Shown here: one piece after another, positions 50,618 through 60,676 of the stretch
Layout: each line of letters opens with the position of its first letter
Position numbering within the stretch: the stretch's first letter is position 1
DNA from: Chitinivibrionales bacterium
Lineage (GTDB): Bacteria; Fibrobacterota; Chitinivibrionia; Chitinivibrionales; WJKA01
Direction of reading: 5' to 3'
DNA length: 64,000 nt
Assembly: GCA_038247415.1 (NCBI GenBank)
Contig: JBBRUX010000018.1
Location: 8,633-72,632 of the forward strand
Translations under genes and position numbers: made by a program
The notes under the pieces: model-generated
Databases searched by the model: none
The model's input: the letters and a program-made list of their open reading frames with translations, nothing else
What the model was told of the DNA's origin: nothing

Positions 50618-53560
50618 ATGATCGCCTGCTCACTCACCAAAGACCAAATCCTTTCGGGATTTAAAATTACTGAAGTTACACCCATTCCCGAATTGCGCAG
50701 CATCGCCATCATTGCAAGCCATATCAAGACCGGCGCGCGCATGGTACATCTATATAATGAAGACCCTAATAATCTTTTTACGATAGGTTTCAGAACTCCC
50801 GTATCGGATTCTACGGGGGTGCCACACATATTGGAGCATTCGGTTTTATGTGGATCGGAACGCTACCCGATTAAGGATCCCTTTCAGGAACTGCTCAAGG
50901 GGTCGCTGCAAACATTTTTAAATGCACTCACCTACCCCGACAAAACAGTGTATCCAGTTTCATCACAAGTTGAAAAAGATTTTAATAATTTAATGAGCAT
51001 TTATTGTGATGCAGTCTTTTTCCCGCTGCTTACGAGAAACACGTTTTTGCAAGAAGGATGGCATTTTGATGCGCCTGATGCCAATGGGGAAATTGGAATC
51101 AAGGGGATTGTATACAATGAAATGAAAGGCGTTTTTTCGGATTTTCAGAGCCATGCAAGCCGCAATACCATGCAGGCGCTCTTTCCCGATACGACATACT
51201 TTCATGAGAGCGGTGGCGAACCTGAGCATATTACCGATTTAACCTACGAGGCATTTAAAGATTTTCATGCTCGTTATTATCATCCCACCAATTCCTTTAT
51301 TTTCTTGTATGGAAATGTGCCCTCAGAAAAAACTTTCGAACGCCTTGACAAAGAATATCTGAGCCGATTTTCTGCCCGCCCCATAGATTCCGAGATTAAA
51401 AAGCAACCGCTCTTTAAACAGGAAACGCGGCTGGATGTAACTGCCCCCAGTAGCCCCGAAGATGACGGCACTGCAACTGTGACGCTTAATTTTATTTGTG
51501 GTAACACTACCGATCCTATCAACGTTCTAACGGGCTCTATTCTTTCGCGCTATTTATTAGGAAGCGAACATGCACCACTCAAGCGAGCACTCATAGATTC
51601 AGGGCTTGGCGAAGACCTCGATGCTAGTTGTGGATTTGATGCAGAGCTCATACAAACCACTTTTTGTGCAGGCCTAAGAAAAACCAAGCCCGAACATGCA
51701 GAAACTATTCGTTCCATTATTCTTGACACGCTCAAAGACCAGGTCGAAAAAGGTTTCGACCTTCCCCTTTTGCTTGGGGCCATCAAGCGAACAGAATTTC
51801 GCCTCCGCGAGATCACCTCTGGCCATTTCCCTTATAATCTCGGCCTGGCAGAACGCTGCTTTCGATCGTGGCTTTACGATGGACACCCACTTAACCACCT
51901 CGCCTTCGATAAACCAATGTCTTTTATTGCAGCTTCAGATCCCGAATGTTTTTTTAAAAATGCAATCAAAGAATTTTTTCTTGACAATACTCACCGACTT
52001 CTTGCAACCATTCGTGCCTCAAAAGAGCTTGGTGAAGCGTTGGAACCTCAAACGCGGCTGCAAGCAGAAAAACTTACCGCATCGTTTACATCTGCCGACA
52101 AACAAAACGCGCACAAAGTTACCAACACGCTCCTTACAGAACAAAAAAAATTAAATGACCCTGCGCTGCTTGCGACACTTCCCACATTAAGCCGGGCCGA
52201 TCTCCCGCTTAAAAACAGGATTATTCCTGTATCGCATGATACTCTTGAAACAGTGCCGGTATATTCCCATCCCATATTTACATCAGGGATAACCTATGTA
52301 GATATCGGCTTCGATTTTAACGGAATAGATCCGTCTCTAATTCCCTATTTACCGCTTTTCTCGGAACTTCTTACCCGATGCGGTGCAAACACCTCAACGA
52401 GTGCAGAAATGGCCCGACGCATTTCGCTTTCAACCGGCGGAATCTCTTGTTCGTTTGTCTGCGACACCAACATTCACGCCCCCGAAGAAACGCTGTTGCG
52501 CCTTTTTATTCATGGCAAAGCACTCGACTCAAAAACAGATGATCTCGCAACTATACTTTCAGATATTATTGTCAAACCAGACTTAGGCGATACGCGACAA
52601 ATCAAGGAATTGGTTTTTGAACTCCGCAATGATCTCAATGCGTCAATTCTTTACAATGGCCATTCCTTTGCCACACTACGAGCTTCGGCTTCGTTATCGG
52701 CTCTTTCAACTATAAATGAGCAGCTCGAAGGTATTAGCCATCTCAGATTTCTCTCGAATCTCCTTGAATCCGACAGCATGGATCTAGTTGCTGAAAATCT
52801 TGCGCTCCTTCATGCGTGGCTTATTCAAAAAGAAGCAGCAGTAATTTCTATAACTGCGCAAACACCGTCGGCCCATCTGGATGCACTTAAAAAACTTGCT
52901 CACTCACTCCCAGAAAGTAATCGTTTTAAGCACGATAAACCCTACGAGACCCTAGCGCTCGCCCATCCTGCTGGTATCGAGATAAACTCGTCTGTCAATT
53001 TTGTTGCTCAGGTATTTAAAATTTCTCATGTATCTGCTCAGCAAGCAGCAGGGCTTTTTCTGTTATGCAGGAATTTGTCGGCCGGATATCTGTGGGACAA
53101 GGTTCGGGTAGAGGGTGGCGCATATGGCGGGCGTGCATCTTTTTCTTTGCAGGAACCAATTTTCTCGTGTTCGTCCTATCGAGACCCCAATATTACAAGT
53201 ACCCTCGGTCACTTTACTAAAGCATTAAAAAGCATCCTTACCGACCTTACCGAAGAAACGCTTGAGCAATCTATTATCGGAACAATTGGAAAATTTGATG
53301 CGCCACAAACACCGCATGGTCAAGGGTTGTCGGAAACACTTGCACTCCTTGCGGGGCGAACGGTTTCCTTTCGTCAAAAAATCCGCGATGCCGTGCTTGA
53401 TGCCACTGCTTCCGATATCGGGCTCATCGCCACACAAATCTTGGGTACCAAAGAAAATGCCATAGTTATATTGGGAAGCAAGGGTGCTTTTGACGGGCTC
53501 GAAAAAGAGCATGGTTTTTTTGCATCTCGTGAAGGACTTTCAAACGCCCATGATGATTGA
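50618..53560 (+). CDS. M16C insulinase-family metallopeptidase (presequence protease-like)
   Basis: GVPHILEHSVLCGS, TFLNALTYPDKT, QEGWH, GIVYNEMKG, VRVEGGAYGG, SYRDP. Confidence 0.95.
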   Translation: MIACSLTKDQILSGFKITEVTPIPELRSIAIIASHIKTGARMVHLYNEDPNNLFTIGFRTPVSDSTGVPHILEHSVLCGSERYPIKDPFQELLKGSLQTFLNALTYPDKTVYPVSSQVEKDFNNLMSIYCDAVFFPLLTRNTFLQEGWHFDAPDANGEIGIKGIVYNEMKGVFSDFQSHASRNTMQALFPDTTYFHESGGEPEHITDLTYEAFKDFHARYYHPTNSFIFLYGNVPSEKTFERLDKEYLSRFSARPIDSEIKKQPLFKQETRLDVTAPSSPEDDGTATVTLNFICGNTTDPINVLTGSILSRYLLGSEHAPLKRALIDSGLGEDLDASCGFDAELIQTTFCAGLRKTKPEHAETIRSIILDTLKDQVEKGFDLPLLLGAIKRTEFRLREITSGHFPYNLGLAERCFRSWLYDGHPLNHLAFDKPMSFIAASDPECFFKNAIKEFFLDNTHRLLATIRASKELGEALEPQTRLQAEKLTASFTSADKQNAHKVTNTLLTEQKKLNDPALLATLPTLSRADLPLKNRIIPVSHDTLETVPVYSHPIFTSGITYVDIGFDFNGIDPSLIPYLPLFSELLTRCGANTSTSAEMARRISLSTGGISCSFVCDTNIHAPEETLLRLFIHGKALDSKTDDLATILSDIIVKPDLGDTRQIKELVFELRNDLNASILYNGHSFATLRASASLSALSTINEQLEGISHLRFLSNLLESDSMDLVAENLALLHAWLIQKEAAVISITAQTPSAHLDALKKLAHSLPESNRFKHDKPYETLALAHPAGIEINSSVNFVAQVFKISHVSAQQAAGLFLLCRNLSAGYLWDKVRVEGGAYGGRASFSLQEPIFSCSSYRDPNITSTLGHFTKALKSILTDLTEETLEQSIIGTIGKFDAPQTPHGQGLSETLALLAGRTVSFRQKIRDAVLDATASDIGLIATQILGTKENAIVILGSKGAFDGLEKEHGFFASREGLSNAHDD

Positions 53561-54794
53561 AATTGTCGGGCTTATAGGACTTCTGGCGCTTTCTGCTTTT
53601 TTCTCGGCAGCAGAAACCGCATTTATGTCGATATCAATCATTAAAGCCCGTACGCTTTTTGAAGAAAAGCGAAAAGGCTCACGTATTCTCTTAAACCTCA
53701 AACACCGACAACGCACGGTGCTTATTGCAGTGCTCATCGGCAATAATTCTGTCAATATTGCAAGTGCTGCCATAGCAACAATTGTATTTACACACTTGTT
53801 TGGATCTAATGGCATTGGCATTGCAACAGGGGTTATGACATTCATGATCCTTATTTTTGGAGAAATCATCCCTAAAAGTCTTGCCGCCCGTCATGCCGAA
53901 GCCATTTCTCTTTTTATTGCTCTTCCCCTTTCGTGGCTGTGCACCCTTTTATTTCCTTTTATCAAGTTTTTTGAATCGATTGCTCATGTGGCAGCACTGC
54001 TGTTTAAAGGAGGAAACGAAGGTATCCTTACGCACGCAGAACTAAAAACAACTATACTTCTTGGAACCGAAGATGGCGTTCTCACACAAGATATGGCCCA
54101 TATGATGAGTAGGCTTTTAGAATTTGATGATCGCAAAGTATCACGAATCATGACACCCAAACGCGACATTTCTTTTGTAAATGGGCAAGACAGCCTCGAA
54201 TCGGTTATTGACCACATCATAAAAAGCCCGTTCTCTAAATTTCCGGTGTATCTAGACTCAAAAGAACATATTGTTGGTATTTTACACGACGATGACGCAC
54301 TTAAGACTATTCGATCGGCTAAAAAGGTGCGCTCTGCAAAAGAAATTGCCCGAAAAGCGTGGTTTATTCCACAATCAAAAGATATAGCCGACATTTTGCC
54401 AGAATTTCAAAAGAAAAAAACCACCATTTTCATTGTGATTGACGAATACGGTTCTGTTGTTGGGGTGGTAACCCTTGCCGATATCCTCGCTGAAATATTT
54501 GGCGATCCCCATGATAAAAAGAGTGGCAAAGAAAAACCAGTTTCCGATTGGACTGGCCCCCTCTTACTTGACGGGAGAGCTAAAGTACGAAAACTTGAAA
54601 AATTAACAGGCCTCACGCTTTCTGGAGAACATTTCAATACCATTGGGGGTTTTATGGCACACCGCATTGGATCGATTCCCCTTAATGGAACAACCGTTGA
54701 AATTGGAACATTTAGCCTTACTGTCAAGGATGCAAATGAACGGGAAATTATCGCGGTGATTTTGGAGCGAAAAGATAAAAGCAAACAGACCTAA
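53550..54794 (+). CDS. CNNM/hemolysin-family protein (DUF21, CBS pair, CorC domain)
   Basis: SAFFSAAETA, LIGNN, GEIIPK, IMTP, SKFPV, DEYGSVVGVVTLADI, TIGGF. Confidence 0.92.
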   Translation: MMIEIVGLIGLLALSAFFSAAETAFMSISIIKARTLFEEKRKGSRILLNLKHRQRTVLIAVLIGNNSVNIASAAIATIVFTHLFGSNGIGIATGVMTFMILIFGEIIPKSLAARHAEAISLFIALPLSWLCTLLFPFIKFFESIAHVAALLFKGGNEGILTHAELKTTILLGTEDGVLTQDMAHMMSRLLEFDDRKVSRIMTPKRDISFVNGQDSLESVIDHIIKSPFSKFPVYLDSKEHIVGILHDDDALKTIRSAKKVRSAKEIARKAWFIPQSKDIADILPEFQKKKTTIFIVIDEYGSVVGVVTLADILAEIFGDPHDKKSGKEKPVSDWTGPLLLDGRAKVRKLEKLTGLTLSGEHFNTIGGFMAHRIGSIPLNGTTVEIGTFSLTVKDANEREIIAVILERKDKSKQT

Positions 54795-54869
54795 GTCGTT
54801 GTACTCAACGTATATTAAAAAAACGCCAAGTTTTTCACACAAGCATTACTTCTTAAAGGAGATTTTTCG

Positions 54870-55466
54870 ATGAATCCCATCTTAAAGAGCTTTCGATCCA
54901 TCTCTCTTCTTGCCCTTATCAGTTGCGTGCCCACCCTCTATGCCGCCGCGTCGGCGACCGATGATTTAAAAGCACGCATAACCACGCTCGAATTTAAACT
55001 AGAAGCGATCCAGACACGGCTCGATAAACTCGAAAACAAAGGTGAAACAAAACCATCTGCAGTGCAGCCTCAAACACAAATCGGGCCTGCCCCAACACCT
55101 TCTCCTATTTCTGTAGTGCTTATCAAAAAATCGCTCGAACAAACCGAACCCTCGGCATCAACAACAAAACAGATCAGCCTTATGCTGTTGTTCAAGAATT
55201 CAAGCGGCAAAGATATTGTTTCATTCACGGGAGTTATGCATTTCTTCGACCTCACCAAAAAAGAGCTTATCTCATTTGAATTACCGCTCGAACAGGTGAT
55301 ACCCAATGGCAAAGAATCGAGCTGGCTTGGACAATTGGACGCTGTGCCAGCATTGGGCAATTATGCAGGATTTCTTAATCTGGAAAATATTAATATCATT
55401 TCGGAATACTGGCCCAAACGGATCGTTTTTTCGGATGGAAGCCAGCAAATTTTCGAATCAAAATAA
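54870..55466 (+). CDS. Exported hypothetical protein with N-terminal coiled coil
   Basis: AAGGAG RBS, signal peptide, coiled coil, beta-sandwich-like C-terminus (IVFSDGS). Confidence 0.65.
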   Translation: MNPILKSFRSISLLALISCVPTLYAAASATDDLKARITTLEFKLEAIQTRLDKLENKGETKPSAVQPQTQIGPAPTPSPISVVLIKKSLEQTEPSASTTKQISLMLLFKNSSGKDIVSFTGVMHFFDLTKKELISFELPLEQVIPNGKESSWLGQLDAVPALGNYAGFLNLENINIISEYWPKRIVFSDGSQQIFESK

Positions 55467-55601
55467 TCTTTTTTAGAAAGATCCTGCTCAAGCTGCGGTA
55501 TTTTGTGCAAAAAGGTGGGTTAACCAGAATTTTTTCTGACAGGCTGAGTGAGTGAAAGCATAAAGGGAATTTCTTAAATTCTTGGTGCTAGGCTAAAAAT
55601 T

Positions 55602-55630
55602 TTGACAATATATCTCCAGAAACATATTTT
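55602..55630 (+). promoter_or_regulatory. Sigma70-type promoter of rpsT
   Basis: TTGACA-N17-TATTTT about 50 nt upstream of the start. Confidence 0.6.
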
Positions 55631-55682
55631 AATTAGCTTGTTTCACGAAAATGGTACACTTTTACTGTAAGGAGTCTCTAGG

Positions 55683-55937
55683 ATGCCCTATCATAAGTCG
55701 GTTGAGAAAAACATTAGACAAAGCGAAAAAGCTGCCCTCAAAAATAAAAGCGCTCGTTCAGCAATGCGTACAGCGGTAAAATCTGTTCTTACAACTACCG
55801 ATAAAACCCAAGCCGAAACAGCATTGCGCAAAGCAGTTTCAATTCTTGACAAAAGCTCCAAGGTTGGCCTTATTCATAAGAATAATGCAGCAAATAAAAA
55901 GTCTCAGCTCGCTAAAAAAGTCAAATCGCTAGCATAA
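55683..55937 (+). CDS. rpsT: 30S ribosomal protein S20
   Basis: HKSVEKNIRQ...N...RS.MRTAVK...LDK...GLIHKNNAANKKSQL. Confidence 0.97.
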   Translation: MPYHKSVEKNIRQSEKAALKNKSARSAMRTAVKSVLTTTDKTQAETALRKAVSILDKSSKVGLIHKNNAANKKSQLAKKVKSLA

Positions 55938-55949
55938 GTTAGTACTGTA

Positions 55950-55979
55950 CCGGGGATCCGGCCGGTGCCGGATTTTCGG
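55950..55979 (+). terminator. Hairpin after rpsT
   Basis: CCGGGGATCCGGC-cggt-GCCGGATTTTCGG. Confidence 0.5.
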
Positions 55980-56101
55980 CATCTCCGTTTTGTGTATATC
56001 GCACATTCTCTCCGCTTACTACATCTGTTCTTTTTCGTTCACAATAACGCTTGTTTTTATAGGTGCCATTCCCGAAAAGTCATTCATAAGGAGTATACTG
56101 T

Positions 56102-57349
56102 ATGGAACATTTTCATAGAATTGAAAACAACCTCTATTGCGAGAATGTACCGCTTGAATCCATAGCCTCATGCTATGGAACTCCCACCTATGTGTATAGC
56201 ACGGCATCCATCCAAAACAAGCTTGATATCCTCAAAGGTTGTTTTCATCAAACTCCGGTTACCGTTTGTTATTCTGTAAAATCAAACTCGAATCTTTCAT
56301 TGCTCAAAATTATTGCCGATAATGGCTGTGGTGCAGATATTGTTTCGGGCGGAGAACTCTTTAGAGCACTCAAAGCGGGAATTCCTGCAAGCAAAATTGT
56401 GTATTCGGGCGTTGGGAAAACCGAAGATGAAATTCGCTTTGCACTTTCGAGTCATATTTCTCTTTTTAATGTAGAATCCGAACCAGAACTCAATGCAATT
56501 GAACGTATTGCTTCGCAGATGCAGTGTATCGCTCCCATTGCACTACGAGTAAACCCCGATATCGACGCACAAACCCATCACCATACAACAACGGGTAAAA
56601 AAGAGAATAAATTTGGAATACCCTTTACCGAAGCGGTGCGTATTTACAAAGCGGCTGCAGCTTCAGATTCGCTTAATCCTAGTGCCATCGATGTGCACCT
56701 GGGGTCGCCCATACCAACGCTTGCTCCCTACGAAAAAGCTCTCGCGCTGCTTTCTGAACTTATCCTCATGCTTCGAGCCGAAAATGTTCCTATTCGCACT
56801 CTCGATATTGGCGGTGGGCTTGCAATTGTTTACAATAACGAAACTCCTTTTACTCCGCTGCAATTTGGAAATCTTGTTTCGCCCGTGCTCGAAAAACTTG
56901 AGTGCAATCTGATTGTTGAGCCAGGCCGTTATGTGGTGGGTAATAGCGGGGCGCTTCTCACTAATGTTACCTATGTTAAAACCACTGCAGAAAAAACATT
57001 TTACTTATGCGATGCGGGAATGAACGACCTTATTCGACCTGCATTCTACGATTCATACCATCGCATAGAACCGCTGACCACAGTGCCCAACGAGGAAACG
57101 ATACCCGTGGATGTTGTTGGGCCGATTTGCGAATCATCCGATTATTTTGCCAAAGCCCGAATGCTTCCGCTCCTCAAAAACAACGATACTCTTGCGATTT
57201 TAAGCGCAGGGGCCTATGGTTTTTCGATGGCATCCAATTACAACTCCCGGCCCAGGGCAGCAGAAGTTCTTGTAGATGGGAACTCTCATACCTGTATTAG
57301 AAAACGCGAAACCTACGAGGATCTCGTCCGCCACGAAATCGACCTCTGA
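56102..57349 (+). CDS. lysA: Diaminopimelate decarboxylase
   Basis: YSVKSNSN, DIVSGGEL, NKFG, HLGS, GGG, EPGR, GPICESSD, GAYG..M.SNYN.R. Confidence 0.97.
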   Translation: MEHFHRIENNLYCENVPLESIASCYGTPTYVYSTASIQNKLDILKGCFHQTPVTVCYSVKSNSNLSLLKIIADNGCGADIVSGGELFRALKAGIPASKIVYSGVGKTEDEIRFALSSHISLFNVESEPELNAIERIASQMQCIAPIALRVNPDIDAQTHHHTTTGKKENKFGIPFTEAVRIYKAAAASDSLNPSAIDVHLGSPIPTLAPYEKALALLSELILMLRAENVPIRTLDIGGGLAIVYNNETPFTPLQFGNLVSPVLEKLECNLIVEPGRYVVGNSGALLTNVTYVKTTAEKTFYLCDAGMNDLIRPAFYDSYHRIEPLTTVPNEETIPVDVVGPICESSDYFAKARMLPLLKNNDTLAILSAGAYGFSMASNYNSRPRAAEVLVDGNSHTCIRKRETYEDLVRHEIDL

Positions 57350-57354
57350 TAAAA

Positions 57355-57390
57355 GAGGGTAATCTGATGCCGCATAATCAGGTTACCCTC
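57355..57390 (+). terminator. Hairpin after lysA
   Basis: GAGGGTAATCTGAT...ATCAGGTTACCCTC. Confidence 0.6.
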
Positions 57391-57434
57391 AATCAAGAGT
57401 AGAATATCGGTGGTGCATAGTGTATACTAAGTTT

Positions 57435-59591
57435 ATGATTCTGAGACCACTTTCTTTACTTCTGACATATTTTTCGATCGTATGTAGTGCTTTTAGCACG
57501 CATGCTTCACCAGCAGCATTTTTTTGGGACAAGGAAATAGATTCAGCACTTACCGTGCGCGATAATTTCTTTGCCAGCTGTGGCATATCCGGACAAGATT
57601 CGCTCTTTGGTCTTACCTCAAACTCCATAAGTGCAACACTCGCAGATAAGATTATCAATAGCCCCAATAAAGAGCATGCGTGGTATAACTTTTTCTCTGG
57701 CGCGTTACTTCTTTATTCTGATTCTCCATCGGAATCAACTAAAGAAACTGCAGATGCCTATTTTAATGGTGCCTTACAGACTGCTGCCGTGGACCCCGGT
57801 ACTACCTGGCTCCTTTTTTGTGCATTCAAAAAACTCAATGTCTTAACATGGCAAGAAAAGAGCATTCAGCAACTCTATAAAATCATGCTCACAACCGGAA
57901 CCCAAAGAGCGCCAGCAATTGTTCAGCAGCTCCTTTTTTATGGTCTCAAAGACCCTGCCTCATTAAAAAACGGACATCGAGACTTCTACCTTGCCTGGGC
58001 CAACAAATTCGACAACCGGCTCATTTGGGCGCAATTCTGGAAAGCGTATTATTCGTTTCTCACAAATCCCATCGAATCACTCTCACTCATAGTTAATGAA
58101 TTCTCGTTGCATACTGCTACCTGGTCATTCTCCCTGGGTCTTGCTGCAATTGCGTGGGATTGGCTTGGCATCTTTATTCTTATATGCATATGCGCGCTTA
58201 TGGCCCTCTTGGCAGCCCGACATCTGCCTGGTGCAACACATAAAATTTCGCACCGATTTCCAAAAATTGTTCCCCCTCTATTACGGCAGGTATTTGCCAT
58301 CATCATTGTTCTCTCGGTGCTCTTTTTTGGGATAATTCCCTTTTTGTGGTTTCTTGCATTTGTTTTATGGCGTCAATTACCTACTTCAAGAAAAATTACA
58401 GCAGGAATTGCTTTAGTTTTGCTCGCATTAACGCCGTGCTACATTTTTATTTCAGATATTCTCATGCAACCCACACTTCCCAAGAACCCACTCGCGTTAT
58501 ATCAACGCTCCCTCGGCGAAGGATATTCTACCGATTTAGAACAAACACTTCGCGCCGATGCTCAAACTCCTAAGAACTATATTGCCCTTGTTGCATTAGC
58601 TAATTGTGCACTTAAAAATAACAACATCGCGCTCGCGCAAAGTGCCATTTCACGAGCAGAAAAAATTAAACCAGAGGACCCTGTAGTTCTTCTGTGCGCA
58701 GGGAACACCTCTTTTTTCGCGCAGGATTTTAACAAAGCAAACGAATATTTTTCTCGGTGCCTTAAGCTTTTTCCAGAAATGGAAACATCGTTTTTTAACC
58801 CTTGCACCTATTATTTTAGCACCATGCGCATTACCGAAGGCATAAGCCTTATCGAAAATGCTACCAAACTCAATTCAGAGCGCATTAGCGATTACATTAA
58901 AACTAATGACGATTATTTTGGAAGCACCTGGCCGATGTTACGACAATATATCCAACCGGATTACGAAAATGTCTATTTTGCAAAGAACATTCTTGTCGAC
59001 TATAAAAAAGCATCTCAAACTGCCCCCATTCTTTTTGGAACCCTCTTTTTTGGAATTTCGCCCATAGGCTACCTTATTATGTCGGGCATCTTTTTTATCA
59101 TTCTTTTGCTCTGGGGAATTTCTTCGGGATCTTCCCGGAAATTTTTCTGTAAACAATGTGATATACCTATTTGTCAATCTTGCAAACGAAGTATCTATTG
59201 TAGTTCGTGCTACGCACTCGTTGGTGATATCACTAATGAAACGCTAGCGCAGCAAATGGGAGGACGTATTTCGCGACGCACAAAACTTATCGACGCTTCT
59301 ATTCAGTGTGCTTTTAACCTCGCCCTACCAGGGAGTGGGGTCCTGCTTAAAAATGTTAAGTTTTTGTTTATTCCTACTCTTCAAGTACTTTTTGGCATTG
59401 CATTGTATGCGTCTCTCTGGATTACTGTTAATGCCCATAGTAGTTACCCACAATGGGTACTGTCGTGCATCACAACGCCACTCTCTCTCTGCATAGGCTT
59501 TTATTTTATGGTTTGTGCTCTGGGGACATTGGTTAAATTCGGCACCCTTCTTACAAGGATTTTTGGCAATGGCGCTCAGCGGAAATCTTAA
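57435..59591 (+). CDS. Multi-pass membrane protein with TPR region and Cys-rich (Zn-binding) motif
   Basis: Signal peptide, TM cluster, TPR-like segment, CKQC...CQSC...CSSC, PGSG, C-terminal TMs. Confidence 0.7.
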   Translation: MILRPLSLLLTYFSIVCSAFSTHASPAAFFWDKEIDSALTVRDNFFASCGISGQDSLFGLTSNSISATLADKIINSPNKEHAWYNFFSGALLLYSDSPSESTKETADAYFNGALQTAAVDPGTTWLLFCAFKKLNVLTWQEKSIQQLYKIMLTTGTQRAPAIVQQLLFYGLKDPASLKNGHRDFYLAWANKFDNRLIWAQFWKAYYSFLTNPIESLSLIVNEFSLHTATWSFSLGLAAIAWDWLGIFILICICALMALLAARHLPGATHKISHRFPKIVPPLLRQVFAIIIVLSVLFFGIIPFLWFLAFVLWRQLPTSRKITAGIALVLLALTPCYIFISDILMQPTLPKNPLALYQRSLGEGYSTDLEQTLRADAQTPKNYIALVALANCALKNNNIALAQSAISRAEKIKPEDPVVLLCAGNTSFFAQDFNKANEYFSRCLKLFPEMETSFFNPCTYYFSTMRITEGISLIENATKLNSERISDYIKTNDDYFGSTWPMLRQYIQPDYENVYFAKNILVDYKKASQTAPILFGTLFFGISPIGYLIMSGIFFIILLLWGISSGSSRKFFCKQCDIPICQSCKRSIYCSSCYALVGDITNETLAQQMGGRISRRTKLIDASIQCAFNLALPGSGVLLKNVKFLFIPTLQVLFGIALYASLWITVNAHSSYPQWVLSCITTPLSLCIGFYFMVCALGTLVKFGTLLTRIFGNGAQRKS

Positions 59592-60651
59592 AGAATTCGA
59601 ATTGCCCGATATTTTTCAGCTGATTGGCCAGCAAAGAAAAACGGGTATTTTAACATTAACCGATAAAACCAAAACAAGCTCAGTGGTCTTTTACAAAGGA
59701 TCGATTGTAGCTGCAGATGTAAACAACAATTCTCCATTATCAATGCTTGTGCACTACCTTATTTATGTTCATAAATATCCCGAATCTAAAATTAATGAGT
59801 TCCTAGACTTCTGTAAAGGATCGATTAGTGCCTTTGCGGATGTAACGCTCAAGATCCAGTACCTTTCTACCGAAGAATTATATGCTATCGCAAGCATGGC
59901 AGTGCAGGATCTTGCGTGCAGTCTCTTCTCGTGGAAAACAGGGACATACAAATTCAATCCTTCCGAAGATATCCACGATCACCGCATCGATACGGTATCA
60001 TTCTCAACCGATGAAATAACCATGGAAGCCATGCGTCGTATCGATGAAATCAAACGGATGCACGAATACATCGACGAAAATGAAATTGTTGTTCCTGCCG
60101 ACCCATCGAGTAGAGTACTTCTTGCAACCGCACCATCATCGCTTTTTGTTTCCGACACGCGAAAATATGTGATCTCTCTTCTTGACGGAAGAAAAACCAT
60201 TAAGGAGCTTATTGCAACTTCCTTTGTTTCTCAGTATCGGATTTACGAAGCACTTTTTGTTCTTATTCAGTCTGGTGAGGTTATTTCGGCCGACCAAGAC
60301 GATCAAGGAAGTTCATCGGAACCCGATGCTGCCGAAACCGCAGAAAATGCACTTGCATGGGCAACTACCGTATCATCCCTTTCTACAGCCCTTATTATTG
60401 CGCTATTTTTAATTATCGGAATGGTAATACTACCAGGGTTTGTACTAAAAAAACAAGAAGCTGCCAATTTTGCATTAACACACGCTGCAATTTTTAATGA
60501 TGCTGAGCAAAAAGTAGCGATCGCACGAGTCGCATTTCGTATCGAGAATGGGGTGTCTCCACGTACCTTGGGGGAATTAAGCGCGCAGGGATTATTATCA
60601 GATTCCGATGTATCGCTTGTGGTAGCTGCCCGAAAACACGCAAGCGAATGA
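59569..60651 (+). CDS. DUF4388 domain protein with C-terminal TM and pilin-like tail
   Basis: MALSGNLKEFELPDIFQLIGQQRKTGIL, LFSWKTGTYKF, MEAMRRIDE; FRIENGVSPRTLGEL. Confidence 0.88.
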   Translation: MALSGNLKEFELPDIFQLIGQQRKTGILTLTDKTKTSSVVFYKGSIVAADVNNNSPLSMLVHYLIYVHKYPESKINEFLDFCKGSISAFADVTLKIQYLSTEELYAIASMAVQDLACSLFSWKTGTYKFNPSEDIHDHRIDTVSFSTDEITMEAMRRIDEIKRMHEYIDENEIVVPADPSSRVLLATAPSSLFVSDTRKYVISLLDGRKTIKELIATSFVSQYRIYEALFVLIQSGEVISADQDDQGSSSEPDAAETAENALAWATTVSSLSTALIIALFLIIGMVILPGFVLKKQEAANFALTHAAIFNDAEQKVAIARVAFRIENGVSPRTLGELSAQGLLSDSDVSLVVAARKHASE

Positions 60652-60676
60652 AGTCTGATCAAAACGTGGGCCTACT

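Noticed and set aside
55938..56101. Lysine riboswitch upstream of lysA
   Set aside because: No lysine riboswitch consensus seen and the region is too short after the rpsT hairpin
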